Part shown: piece after piece, positions 47,455 through 56,135 of the stretch | Position numbering within the stretch: the stretch's first letter is position 1 | Layout of the letters: each line of letters starts with the position of its first letter | Virus record (IMG/VR): IMGVR_UViG_3300021387_000688 | Strand: one strand, 5' to 3' | DNA from: a virus | Taxonomy: Duplodnaviria; Caudoviricetes | Length of the DNA stretch: 64,000 bases | Position numbers and translations under genes: made by a program | Notes under the pieces: model-generated | Seen by the model: the letters and a program-made list of their open reading frames with translations, nothing else | What the model was told of the DNA's origin: nothing | Database searches by the model: none

Positions 47455-48249
47455 ATGAGTGATTTCGTAGAATTATATAGGATTAGTCCTAAAGCATTTG
47501 TAGTTACAATTTCTATCGTTTCTTTGATAGTTGTATGTGCTGCTGTTGCTATTTTTTATTTCATTGCAAAGAATAAGATGTCTGTAAGGATCGGTTCCTT
47601 TAAAATCGATATGCATGAAAAGGAATCTGTAAAAGAACCTGAAGACAAATTAAACAAAGAAATCTACCAAGCTAAAAAGAATGTAGAAGATTATGTAAGA
47701 TCTGTTTTAGCTAAACAATACGATCAGGTAGTTCCTTTTTTACAGTCCCTCCGACCTATTTTTAATCGATTAGTTTTTAGTATTTTGAATGAAGCTGTAG
47801 CTGAAAGTTTAGGAGTTGAAAGAGAAATCCGGATTCCGAAGCCAGATGAAAAATGTAAAGTTCCAGGTAGTCATTATAAAGTAGAACTTGTAAAAACATA
47901 TATTACAGAACCTCAAACCAGATTGTTCACTAACCTTGTTGAAAGTACAGTAGATTCTTTAATTGGTAAACTTGAAAGAGAAATCTACAATATGTTAGTT
48001 AATAACAATATTGGAAAGAATAGAGATGAAGTTAGATCTTATATACATATGAAGAGTGAAAACATTGTCGGGGTTATAAGAAATGTTTTGTGCGATGCTT
48101 ATAATAATCTAAGTAATAAGAATTTATTTGATACTAAGAAGTGGTGGTTAGAAGTAGGTATTAACTATCCTGAAGATTGGATTGAAGATAAATTATATAA
48201 ACTATTCGCGCTTTGTATGCAATGCAGATATAGTGATTTTGATGAGTAG
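47455..48249 (+). CDS. N-terminally anchored membrane protein (late)
   Basis: One TM helix; CTAATTAA 4 nt before ATG. Confidence 0.6.
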   Translation: MSDFVELYRISPKAFVVTISIVSLIVVCAAVAIFYFIAKNKMSVRIGSFKIDMHEKESVKEPEDKLNKEIYQAKKNVEDYVRSVLAKQYDQVVPFLQSLRPIFNRLVFSILNEAVAESLGVEREIRIPKPDEKCKVPGSHYKVELVKTYITEPQTRLFTNLVESTVDSLIGKLEREIYNMLVNNNIGKNRDEVRSYIHMKSENIVGVIRNVLCDAYNNLSNKNLFDTKKWWLEVGINYPEDWIEDKLYKLFALCMQCRYSDFDE

Positions 48250-48293
48250 AAAAATAGCCTCCTTTTCAGGAGGCTTTTATTTTGGTTTTTTAA

Positions 48294-49136
48294 TTATTTT
48301 GCTTCTTCTTGAGTACCTTCAGTAGCCATCAAAGACTTGTTGTAAGCATCCTGGCGAAGATAGATTTCAATATTTCTACGAGTCCTGTCTTCAAGATCCT
48401 TACTTGCATTTACACCAAAGAGTTCATCCGCTTCTGCTCCACGTTCGTAAGCTTCAGGAGTAACTGCCTTATCATAAACCATTGTAATCTTTTTAATACC
48501 TACAATAGAGGTTGGGCTATACAACCAATCTCCTGGAGCCTGGTGAGTTACAACTTCAATTCTTGTTAGGCGGATATCTGTCATTTTCAAACCAGCTACT
48601 GGAATCTGCGCGGTAGATCTATTTTTAGGGTCTTTAACATATTCAGTAAAATCAATATGGGCTGTAAATTCTACCATTGATTCGATTGTAGATGTAGCAT
48701 CTGCGGCTTTGAATTTTCTTTTATTCTCTTTACCATTCTGTAACCAAAAGATTTCAACTTCATCATATCCACGATTAAGAGTCATTGTAATATCCATACT
48801 CTTAATGGCAGCTGCATTTGTGATATAACCTGCACCGTTATTAGCTTCATTGAAAGAAGGCTCTACGAATGCGATTGCATAACGGCTGTCTGAATATCTT
48901 GGAGCTGAATCAGTTCTAATACAAAGTCCATACTTTTCAGAAAGTACTGGATTAAAAAGATTTCTACCTGGCTCGTAAACACCTGAAATACCTACGGCTC
49001 TAGAATTTTCGATCCAATCATAACCTGTGTCAAGAACATCAGCTTTTGTATTACAATCAAATAAAGTTGCTTCATCTGCAAATACAATACCTGTAAACAT
49101 TACAAGCGCTACCAAAATTGAAATAAACTTCTTCAT
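48294..49136 (-). CDS. flaA: Spirochaete flagellar filament sheath protein FlaA-like
   Basis: Signal peptide ending VFA-DEATLFD; GYITNAAAIKSM and KITMVYDKAV...MATE resemble Treponema FlaA motifs; adjacent to flaB. Confidence 0.7.
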   Translation of the reverse strand: MKKFISILVALVMFTGIVFADEATLFDCNTKADVLDTGYDWIENSRAVGISGVYEPGRNLFNPVLSEKYGLCIRTDSAPRYSDSRYAIAFVEPSFNEANNGAGYITNAAAIKSMDITMTLNRGYDEVEIFWLQNGKENKRKFKAADATSTIESMVEFTAHIDFTEYVKDPKNRSTAQIPVAGLKMTDIRLTRIEVVTHQAPGDWLYSPTSIVGIKKITMVYDKAVTPEAYERGAEADELFGVNASKDLEDRTRRNIEIYLRQDAYNKSLMATEGTQEEAK

Positions 49137-49241
49137 TTTGTTTTATTTTCTCCTTTAATTTAATGCAATATAGGGGAGGTAAAATCCTCCCCTTCAACTT
49201 TTTATTTTACTCTGGCACGAACCCACCTGTAGTTGGCGATT

Positions 49242-50093
49242 CTATTTTAACAAGGCAAGTACGTTCTGAGAAGAATTGTTTGCCTGAGCCAACATAGCTA
49301 CAGATGCCTGTTGCAATACTTGGTTCTTAGTATATTCTGTAATAGACTGAGCCATATCAGTATCGCGAATACGAGATTCTGCAGATTGTGTATTTTCGGC
49401 CGCAATGTTGATACCCTTCTGGGCCATCTCCATACGGTTCTGGTAAGCACCAAGATCTGCTCTTTGCTTTGTTACATTTTTCAAAGCTTCATCTACCGTT
49501 GCAAGGGTTGTACTTGCTTCATCTGGACTTGCGATAGAAATTACATTAGATTCCTCTCCCTGCTGCCCCTTCAATCCAAGCGCAGTAGCTGTCATTGTTC
49601 CAATGTAAGCTCTAATATTCTGATCCATATTAGCTCCAATCTGGAACTGCATAACCTGATCTGACTCCCTAGAGAATCTACCTGTCAAAAGGTTCATTCC
49701 ATTAAATTGTGCAGAAGATGCAATTCTATCTACTTCAGATACTAACTGGCTTACTTCAACTGCAATCTGCATGCGGTCTTCATCTGAATAAACTCCATTT
49801 GAAGCCTGTACTGCCAATTCTCTAATGCGCTGAAGTACATCTGTAGTTTCTGCAAGATAACCTTCTGCTACCTGAACAAATGAAACTGCATCACCGATGT
49901 TTCTTGAAGCCTGATTAAGACCCCTAATCTGAGATCTCATTTTCTCACTTACTGCCAAGCCTGAAGCATCGTTACCTGCTTTGTTAATTCTTTCTCCTGA
50001 AGAAAGAGCTTCTACTGATTTCTGAAGGTTCTGTGTGTTAAGACCTTCCATTCTGCTTGCGAACAAGCTACTCATGTTGTGATTAATGATCAT
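49242..50093 (-). CDS. flaB: Flagellin (Treponema-type FlaB core protein)
   Basis: MIINHNMS...[30 protein letters not shown]...[12 protein letters not shown]...[11 protein letters not shown]...MLAQAN. Confidence 0.97.
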   Translation of the reverse strand: MIINHNMSSLFASRMEGLNTQNLQKSVEALSSGERINKAGNDASGLAVSEKMRSQIRGLNQASRNIGDAVSFVQVAEGYLAETTDVLQRIRELAVQASNGVYSDEDRMQIAVEVSQLVSEVDRIASSAQFNGMNLLTGRFSRESDQVMQFQIGANMDQNIRAYIGTMTATALGLKGQQGEESNVISIASPDEASTTLATVDEALKNVTKQRADLGAYQNRMEMAQKGINIAAENTQSAESRIRDTDMAQSITEYTKNQVLQQASVAMLAQANNSSQNVLALLK

Positions 50094-50102
50094 AAAATAA
50101 CC

Positions 50103-50180
50103 AACTCCTTTTGTATTTTATTTAAGTAACATCCCTGCTACTTATATTTATATTATCGGGACATTTCTTAAAAAACTTTA
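50103..50180 (-). promoter_or_regulatory. Sigma28 (FliA) promoter and CsrA-type GGA hairpin in the flaB leader
   Basis: TAAAGTTT-N12-CCCGATAA (50180-50153); GTAGCA-GGGA-TGTTAC hairpin (50141-50126); SD AAAGGAG. Confidence 0.8.
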
Positions 50181-50181
50181 A

Positions 50182-50346
50182 TTATACTAATAAGTCTATC
50201 AACTTTTCGGCCTTCTCTTCTTCTGTTAAAGGCTTTTCTTCTTTAGACTTCTCAACGTTAATCTTAATACTTTCTTTATTTGCATTAAGATTTTTTCCTT
50301 GCATTATGGAGGAGACCGGCTCCTTTATTATTGGATTTATTTTCAT
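50182..50346 (-). CDS. Small protein (54 aa) with two GGA hairpins in its leader
   Basis: MKINPIIKEP...EKLIDLLV; leader CAAAA-GGA-TTTTG and GTCAA-AAGGAG-TTGAC. Confidence 0.6.
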   Translation of the reverse strand: MKINPIIKEPVSSIMQGKNLNANKESIKINVEKSKEEKPLTEEEKAEKLIDLLV

Positions 50347-50430
50347 ATGTCAACTCCTTTTGACTGCTACAAAATCCTTTTGGATACCAATTACTTAATT
50401 TAGTAATCCCCTCCATAACAATATAGAATG

Positions 50431-51894
50431 TTATACCTCAATGTTTGAATAATATTCGTTTAATTTATTTTTTCTCCAAACTCCTCTTATACAACCTGTT
50501 TCAAAGTCTAACGGGATTCCAATAATGAGTTCATCACTAAAATGTTCTTGTTCAGTCATTTTATGTAAAAGAGTTTCCAAATCGCAATAAAGTTTGTCGA
50601 TTACCTCCACTTGGGACTCTATTACTTGGTCCCCGTCATATCCTATAAACACGGAGCCCCACCTATTTAAAACTCTCCAATTACTACACATACCTATACG
50701 AGGTTCAATACTAGATTCAAAATCATCTCTAGAGAATATTTTTACAATATATTCAAGTACATCTGCTTCACTTTCAAGCTTAACATTTAAGATTTTTGAC
50801 AATTTTTCAAAGGTATCTCTTTTCTCTAAAGCAGTTTTATTAGTAAAATAATGAATCATGTATTTAGATTGGTTGGCAATCAATTGCGCGTATTTTTTAC
50901 CTTTCTTAATGAACTGTGTAATTTCAGATTCTTTTTCCTCTTTCTTTGGTTTTTCTACTTTCAAGTTAGGACCGTAATCCCAGCCTTTGTAAAGACCTAA
51001 GACCTCTCTTAGTATATCTTCTACATCATCTCCTTTTAATGGGCCAAACTCAGGAGGTAATAAAATAGAATCACTTAAAGAATTGTACATTTCTTGTTTA
51101 GTTTTCTTTAAATAATCGCATAAGACTGAAGAGGCTGCCAATCCATTACATTGCTTTTCGAGCATGGAGTTGAAAGGAGCTGCAGTAAATTCAATAGTAT
51201 CAATGTTATTAAATTCTACAGGTTCACATTTGAATACTTTTGAAGAATTTATAATACAGAAAGGAGTATAAGCATTACTCCATTTGTCTAATCTATAATC
51301 TGGGTGTTTATAAGCACCTTCTTTTACCAATTTATCAAAATCTTCATAGAATGGGTCTTCTTTTTCTGCCATAGGAGCGGCACCGTCATAGAGTTCATAT
51401 ACAATACCCATAACTTTATAAAGAGGGGTAGAGACCCCATTTTCCTCTTTACCTAAACGATCCATTTGCATTCGAGATGAGATGGTTAATTCTACCCCAT
51501 CGAATCTAAATCCATTTCCGCAAGGGTAATAATAAATATGCAATTTATCCAAATCTGAATTAGATTTTAATTCTTCGATTGTTTTTGTTTCAATGAATAA
51601 ACTACTGTTTTCCATTAATTCTTTTAGAGCTTTAAACACTAAATTTGGTTGCCAACTGTGCCAAATAATAGCATGATTTGTTATGCCACTTCTGTAAGGA
51701 CAAATTGTTAAGTTAGCTATTCTGTAAAGGGTTAAAAGATAAATAAAAGTGTTTGTACCTGAATTGTCTGGGGCTTTGCAAATATAAAGGCCATTTTGAC
51801 TATCTGCATTGTACAGATATTTGAGTGTGTTAGAATAAAAATTCTTTTGAGTAAAGGAATCGATAAATTCCTTTGGGGATAAGTTTCTTACCAT
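50431..51894 (-). CDS. Hypothetical protein, possibly a degenerate terminase-ATPase-like paralog
   Basis: LSPKEFID start and APDNSGTN..LLTLYRI loosely parallel 18473..19651. Confidence 0.35.
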   Translation of the reverse strand: MVRNLSPKEFIDSFTQKNFYSNTLKYLYNADSQNGLYICKAPDNSGTNTFIYLLTLYRIANLTICPYRSGITNHAIIWHSWQPNLVFKALKELMENSSLFIETKTIEELKSNSDLDKLHIYYYPCGNGFRFDGVELTISSRMQMDRLGKEENGVSTPLYKVMGIVYELYDGAAPMAEKEDPFYEDFDKLVKEGAYKHPDYRLDKWSNAYTPFCIINSSKVFKCEPVEFNNIDTIEFTAAPFNSMLEKQCNGLAASSVLCDYLKKTKQEMYNSLSDSILLPPEFGPLKGDDVEDILREVLGLYKGWDYGPNLKVEKPKKEEKESEITQFIKKGKKYAQLIANQSKYMIHYFTNKTALEKRDTFEKLSKILNVKLESEADVLEYIVKIFSRDDFESSIEPRIGMCSNWRVLNRWGSVFIGYDGDQVIESQVEVIDKLYCDLETLLHKMTEQEHFSDELIIGIPLDFETGCIRGVWRKNKLNEYYSNIEV

Positions 51895-51971
51895 ATAAAT
51901 TCTCCTTATATATGTTCTTGTATACGAAAGTCTCGTTATCGTATACCTTTTTAATATAGTAAGGAGTTTAA

Positions 51972-52616
51972 TTAACGGCGTTCTTTAGCTATTTCTTTCC
52001 AACTTCTAGAATCTATTTCTTCTTCTGATATTTTATACTTTTTAAAAAGTTCCATGATAGATTTCTTTATATCATTTGTGCCTTTATTTGCCGACCATCT
52101 TTTACTTACAGAGAAATAAATATCTGAATTATTCATATTGGTAAATTCAAATTTGAAACCGGAATTTGTATAAAGGGTTGCGCTTCTTTTAACTGCAGTT
52201 AAGTAAGGCTGATATTGAGTCAAGTTTGCTAATAACTGAAAAGCTTCAAAAGCATGTTTATCCAAATTGGCTTCTTTAGATTCAGAACTAGATATTATCT
52301 GTATTTTGATTTCTTGGGCTGCAATAAGAGAATTGTCTAACTTTTCTTTTGTTAAGAAATCTACTATTTGTTGCATTCTATTGTATGCCGCGAAATTCTT
52401 ATCTTTGTTTTCGATCAAACTTGTAGAAGGTGGAGGTAATTGATAATCAGTTACATCTTTAATACGTACATCGTTTTTAGGATTAACTAATTCTTCTCCA
52501 TTATGGGAGTAATAAGATATACTAGTTACTGAATATTCCAATTGGTCCACATCAACATCTTTTAGGATAGCTTGTATTTGTTCTTTAGATGTTTTTACTT
52601 TTAATTCTACTTCCAT
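51972..52616 (-). CDS. CYTH-like protein (degenerate)
   Basis: N-terminal EVELKVK; VRIK; KR..LY; C-terminal SRSW. Confidence 0.5.
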   Translation of the reverse strand: MEVELKVKTSKEQIQAILKDVDVDQLEYSVTSISYYSHNGEELVNPKNDVRIKDVTDYQLPPPSTSLIENKDKNFAAYNRMQQIVDFLTKEKLDNSLIAAQEIKIQIISSSESKEANLDKHAFEAFQLLANLTQYQPYLTAVKRSATLYTNSGFKFEFTNMNNSDIYFSVSKRWSANKGTNDIKKSIMELFKKYKISEEEIDSRSWKEIAKERR

Positions 52617-52624
52617 TTTTTATA

Positions 52625-53611
52625 TCAACCCCCTACGGGCCAAATTACTTTACCTTCATTAACGTGAAGAGTTTTCTTTTGCCTTTCCAAACATTTAGCA
52701 TATTCTTCTTTATCTTCTTCGTAAACCCAATCAGGTACAGTTGCATCCTTTTCAGCGAAATACTTATAAGATTGATTAAATGCATTTTCTATACATCTTC
52801 TGGCTTCAGTTTCCTGTTCCATTTTCTCATCATCGTCTTCTTCATCACTACCTGCAAGTACACAAGAATATGGGTTGCAAAGCCATTCACCTGCTTTAGG
52901 CCTACCATCTTTTGGTTTACGACATACGGCTGCATAAAACTCTTCATGGTCATAACAACCTAAACTAAACCAATCGTTTTCATCTGAAGTTTCACTAAGG
53001 TAATGGTCTTTTATATAATACTTAAATTCAATTTCGACTTTTGGTCCTTCTTCAATTTCTTCGTTTTCTTTTAAGAAATATGAAATAACCCATTCCACGC
53101 TACCCTTAAGTATTGTTAAGTACTCCTGAAATTCTTCAATTAATTTATCATTTTCAGGCGCCAATTCTTTTTCATATTTTTTAAGGTCTTCTACATATTC
53201 ATTATAACGTTTTGCTTTTTCTTCAGTTAGTTCGAGTTTCTTCTTTTCATCTTTTGCATTTTCAGGATGTACCCATTGGGATTTGTCATAAGGAATTGTA
53301 TGCATCCTATCTGTAAAGAAGTGTTCTAATACAGTGCCGTAAAGATAAATGAATTTATCATTTAAAGTTTTATGGGGTACATAGCGTCTAACGGAAAAAG
53401 GAGCGTCGTCCAAATAGATATCATTACATTCCACTTTTATGTAGTAAGAACCATCTTCCTTCTTCCATCGTTCGCATTCCTTAAGAACATATTTATGATA
53501 TTCTTTCCAATCTTTCAAAGGGGATGCAACTACTAGTGCATGCGTACTGGAAGAATTTGTTTCAAAAACCCCTTCACGTATAGAAATAAACTTTTTCAAA
53601 AAATCAAACAT
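52625..53611 (-). CDS. Conserved phage hypothetical protein (IRxGVFETNSSSTH motif)
   Basis: N-terminal motif recurrent in phage proteins. Confidence 0.65.
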   Translation of the reverse strand: MFDFLKKFISIREGVFETNSSSTHALVVASPLKDWKEYHKYVLKECERWKKEDGSYYIKVECNDIYLDDAPFSVRRYVPHKTLNDKFIYLYGTVLEHFFTDRMHTIPYDKSQWVHPENAKDEKKKLELTEEKAKRYNEYVEDLKKYEKELAPENDKLIEEFQEYLTILKGSVEWVISYFLKENEEIEEGPKVEIEFKYYIKDHYLSETSDENDWFSLGCYDHEEFYAAVCRKPKDGRPKAGEWLCNPYSCVLAGSDEEDDDEKMEQETEARRCIENAFNQSYKYFAEKDATVPDWVYEEDKEEYAKCLERQKKTLHVNEGKVIWPVGG

Positions 53612-53621
53612 TTGAACTCCA

Positions 53622-53948
53622 TTAGAAATAAGGATCGTAATCGTCTACGGTGTTTCTTAAGCTGTTATAAAAATCACATCCAGAAAGTCCTTCTTCATAT
53701 TTGTCTAAGATATCAGAGATGTCGTTTTTGAATTCAATTGCACTATCTCTTGCACTTTCAACCTCATCTTCGAGATCTTCTATTCGGCCTGAATAGTCTT
53801 CAATTTCGACTTGATTTACTTTATCATAAATCTTTTGGGCCATATCTTCAATATCTGAATAATTATAAGGATACTCTTTATCTTTCTGTTCTTTAAGAAA
53901 ATCAATCAAAAGGTTTTCAACCTGCTTTAATACTACACCTTCTTCCAT
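53622..53948 (-). CDS. Hypothetical protein
   Basis: Operon context. Confidence 0.6.
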   Translation of the reverse strand: MEEGVVLKQVENLLIDFLKEQKDKEYPYNYSDIEDMAQKIYDKVNQVEIEDYSGRIEDLEDEVESARDSAIEFKNDISDILDKYEEGLSGCDFYNSLRNTVDDYDPYF

Positions 53949-54205
53949 TATTTCTTACTCCTTTTTTCTTTGATTGTTCCGTATTTATGTTTACCATTGT
54001 TCCAGTCATCATACAACTCTTTTGGAGTAGCATCTACGTCTATTTTGAAAACTTCTGGAGCTGGACCTTCTTTGAAAGAAAGTTTAACATAATCACTGCC
54101 GCCGTCAATTGCTACGTTTTGACAACTACACCAATGCATATCATGACGAGATCTTGAATAAATTGTGTCTCCGCACTTTGGGCATTTAATTGCATTTACT
54201 TTCAT
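53948..54205 (-). CDS. Zinc-binding phage protein
   Basis: CPKCGDTIYS..RHD...CSC..VAIDGG. Confidence 0.7.
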   Translation of the reverse strand: MKVNAIKCPKCGDTIYSRSRHDMHWCSCQNVAIDGGSDYVKLSFKEGPAPEVFKIDVDATPKELYDDWNNGKHKYGTIKEKRSKK

Positions 54206-54241
54206 TTTCGCTACCTTCCTTCATATTAATATAGAAGTTAA

Positions 54242-54508
54242 TTATTTGAATATTTCTTCTAAAGCTTCTTTATGTTCTTTCCAAAATTTATCTTCTTGTT
54301 CATTATACTTTTCTAAGGCTTGACGGTCAATTTCTTCAAGTTCTTTTAATCTTCTTTTGATATAAGCTTTAGTTCTTTTACAACCGTAAGTTCCATCTGC
54401 ATATTCAGTTCCAGGGTCTCTTTCTCCTGTAATGTTGCAAAAGATATCATCTGAATAACCATCCGGATCATAACAAACATGTAAGGCCGGGCATACTTCA
54501 CATCTCAT
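54242..54508 (-). CDS. Cys-rich hypothetical protein
   Basis: CEVCP..C..C..C. Confidence 0.6.
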   Translation of the reverse strand: MRCEVCPALHVCYDPDGYSDDIFCNITGERDPGTEYADGTYGCKRTKAYIKRRLKELEEIDRQALEKYNEQEDKFWKEHKEALEEIFK

Positions 54509-54520
54509 AATTTCTCCAAT

Positions 54521-54618
54521 AAAAAAGGTCCTAGAATTTCTCCTAGGACCCTAAGGGAGGTACAAAACCTACATCTCCGAAGGAGTTCGTTGTAGATAAG
54601 ATCTACCGTTTTAGAATA
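54521..54618 (-). ncRNA. sRNA candidate with the anti-SD module and terminator
   Basis: CTATAAT upstream; hairpins; TTTGTACCTCC-ctt-AGGGTCCT, same module as at 4622-4643; terminator GGTCCTAG/CTAGGACC followed by a T-run. Confidence 0.6.
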
Positions 54619-54651
54619 TTCTTATTATAGAATATGCTCCCTTGTCCTTTT

Positions 54652-54930
54652 CTAAAGATCGAGTAATTCTTTAACTCTCTCTGTTACATAAAATCTTTTC
54701 TTTGAGTTTGGACCAGGCTGAGTGATGATGTATAGTTCACCATCTTTCTCTTTAATCAAACCTGTAGTAGTTGGAATACACTGACAGGTTGGTACCCATT
54801 TATTGTCCCCACTCAAATCTTTAGAATCCATGTCCATTACATAATCTACGTAGTGTGGCGTGTTCTGGACGGCAATGTGTGCTTCAGTAAGTTTGGTAAG
54901 CATCGCATCTGTAAATTCTCTAACTTCCAT
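54652..54930 (-). CDS. Hypothetical early protein
   Basis: Class I promoter and GGAGG SD. Confidence 0.7.
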   Translation of the reverse strand: MEVREFTDAMLTKLTEAHIAVQNTPHYVDYVMDMDSKDLSGDNKWVPTCQCIPTTTGLIKEKDGELYIITQPGPNSKKRFYVTERVKELLDL

Positions 54931-55212
54931 ATGCAGACCTCCTCTACGTTATCAATATAGCTATTCTCGGAGCGGTAAATTTCAAAAATGTGAATAAATG
55001 TTTAGGTAAAAAAGTAACAAACAATATTTATATAAATTTAAAATTTTAAAATAAATATTTAGGGAATATTTTTACACATACATTTCAATAGTAATTCTAT
55101 ATAATATAAGGAATTAAGCCCGATTCCAGGAAATACCACCCTCATACATTTCAATTGAAAATAATTGAATAAAGTTAGAAACCCATCTATATAATTTAAT
55201 GAAAGGAATATT

Positions 55213-55815
55213 ATGAGCGAATTACTAAATGTGAAAGTAGATAGTTTGGAAAAAATCAATGAATATTTTTCTAATGAAGTTAAAAAACTAACTGGCGAAA
55301 ATTATAATTTATTTGATGATACTCTTGAAGGATTAGAAAAAGAAATTACTTTCGTAGAGGCCGAAGATTGCACCTACAATGTACCTGGCAATAATTCTAC
55401 TTATAAAAATGTAGTAAGAATGTCAGGGCTATGGTTACCAGATGATAGGTTTAATAAAATAAAAGAAGCTATAGATTATTTCTTTGATGATTATAAAGCT
55501 AAAACTATTTCTCAATTACAATTTAACCTTTTAGTTAAAGATTTAGAAAGCGGAAAAGAGTCTGCTACAATGTTAGAGAACAGGGATACTATCCATATAG
55601 CTTTTGTATCTTTAGGTGGTAGAATAACTAAAAGTTTTAGAAGGTCAATTATTTCTATTATATTTCAAGATGTAGAATATTATATTGTCAAAGTAGATAA
55701 AAGTATTTATTTTATGGTAAATGATGATACCGCAGATCTTTCTATAAAGAAGTCATTTGAAGAATTTGGTTTTAAAGATTTTATTGATAAGGACTTTGAC
55801 GAATTGGTAAATTAA
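55213..55815 (+). CDS. Hypothetical protein
   Basis: AAGGA SD. Confidence 0.65.
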   Translation: MSELLNVKVDSLEKINEYFSNEVKKLTGENYNLFDDTLEGLEKEITFVEAEDCTYNVPGNNSTYKNVVRMSGLWLPDDRFNKIKEAIDYFFDDYKAKTISQLQFNLLVKDLESGKESATMLENRDTIHIAFVSLGGRITKSFRRSIISIIFQDVEYYIVKVDKSIYFMVNDDTADLSIKKSFEEFGFKDFIDKDFDELVN

Positions 55816-55839
55816 AGGACCCCTCCACTATATATAAAA

Positions 55840-56100
55840 AAGAAAGCGGTACGACAGGTAGTTGCAATACCTGTACAGTCTATAGAATTTGCAACATTCG
55901 TGATAGACAAGAGCCCTATGAACTTAGTAACGGTTAGTAGTAAAACGAAGCTTTATGACTTCTAGGATGTATATGCCTAGGGGCCAGACGGGACGCGAAG
56001 AGTTGACAATGGTTCCGATGATGCAATAGGCCGATTGGCGCGGAGGAATTAGAGGCTACAGAGAGTTGACGTTCGCAATGGATGAAGGCTCTCATTTTTC
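55840..56100 (+). ncRNA. Unassigned structured RNA candidate
   Basis: GC-richer intergenic island: ACAGGTA/TACCTGT, GTCTAT/ATAGAC, CTAGG/CCTAG, long-range AGAGCC/GGCTCT; T-rich end. Confidence 0.55.
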
Positions 56101-56135
56101 TTTTCTATTATTTATCCTTCCTAACTAAATAATTC

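Noticed and set aside
48294-50093. Host chromosomal flagellar operon or prophage boundary
   Set aside because: The flanks on both sides are phage-type genes with phage promoter motifs; there are no other host flagellar genes and no integrase in the window.
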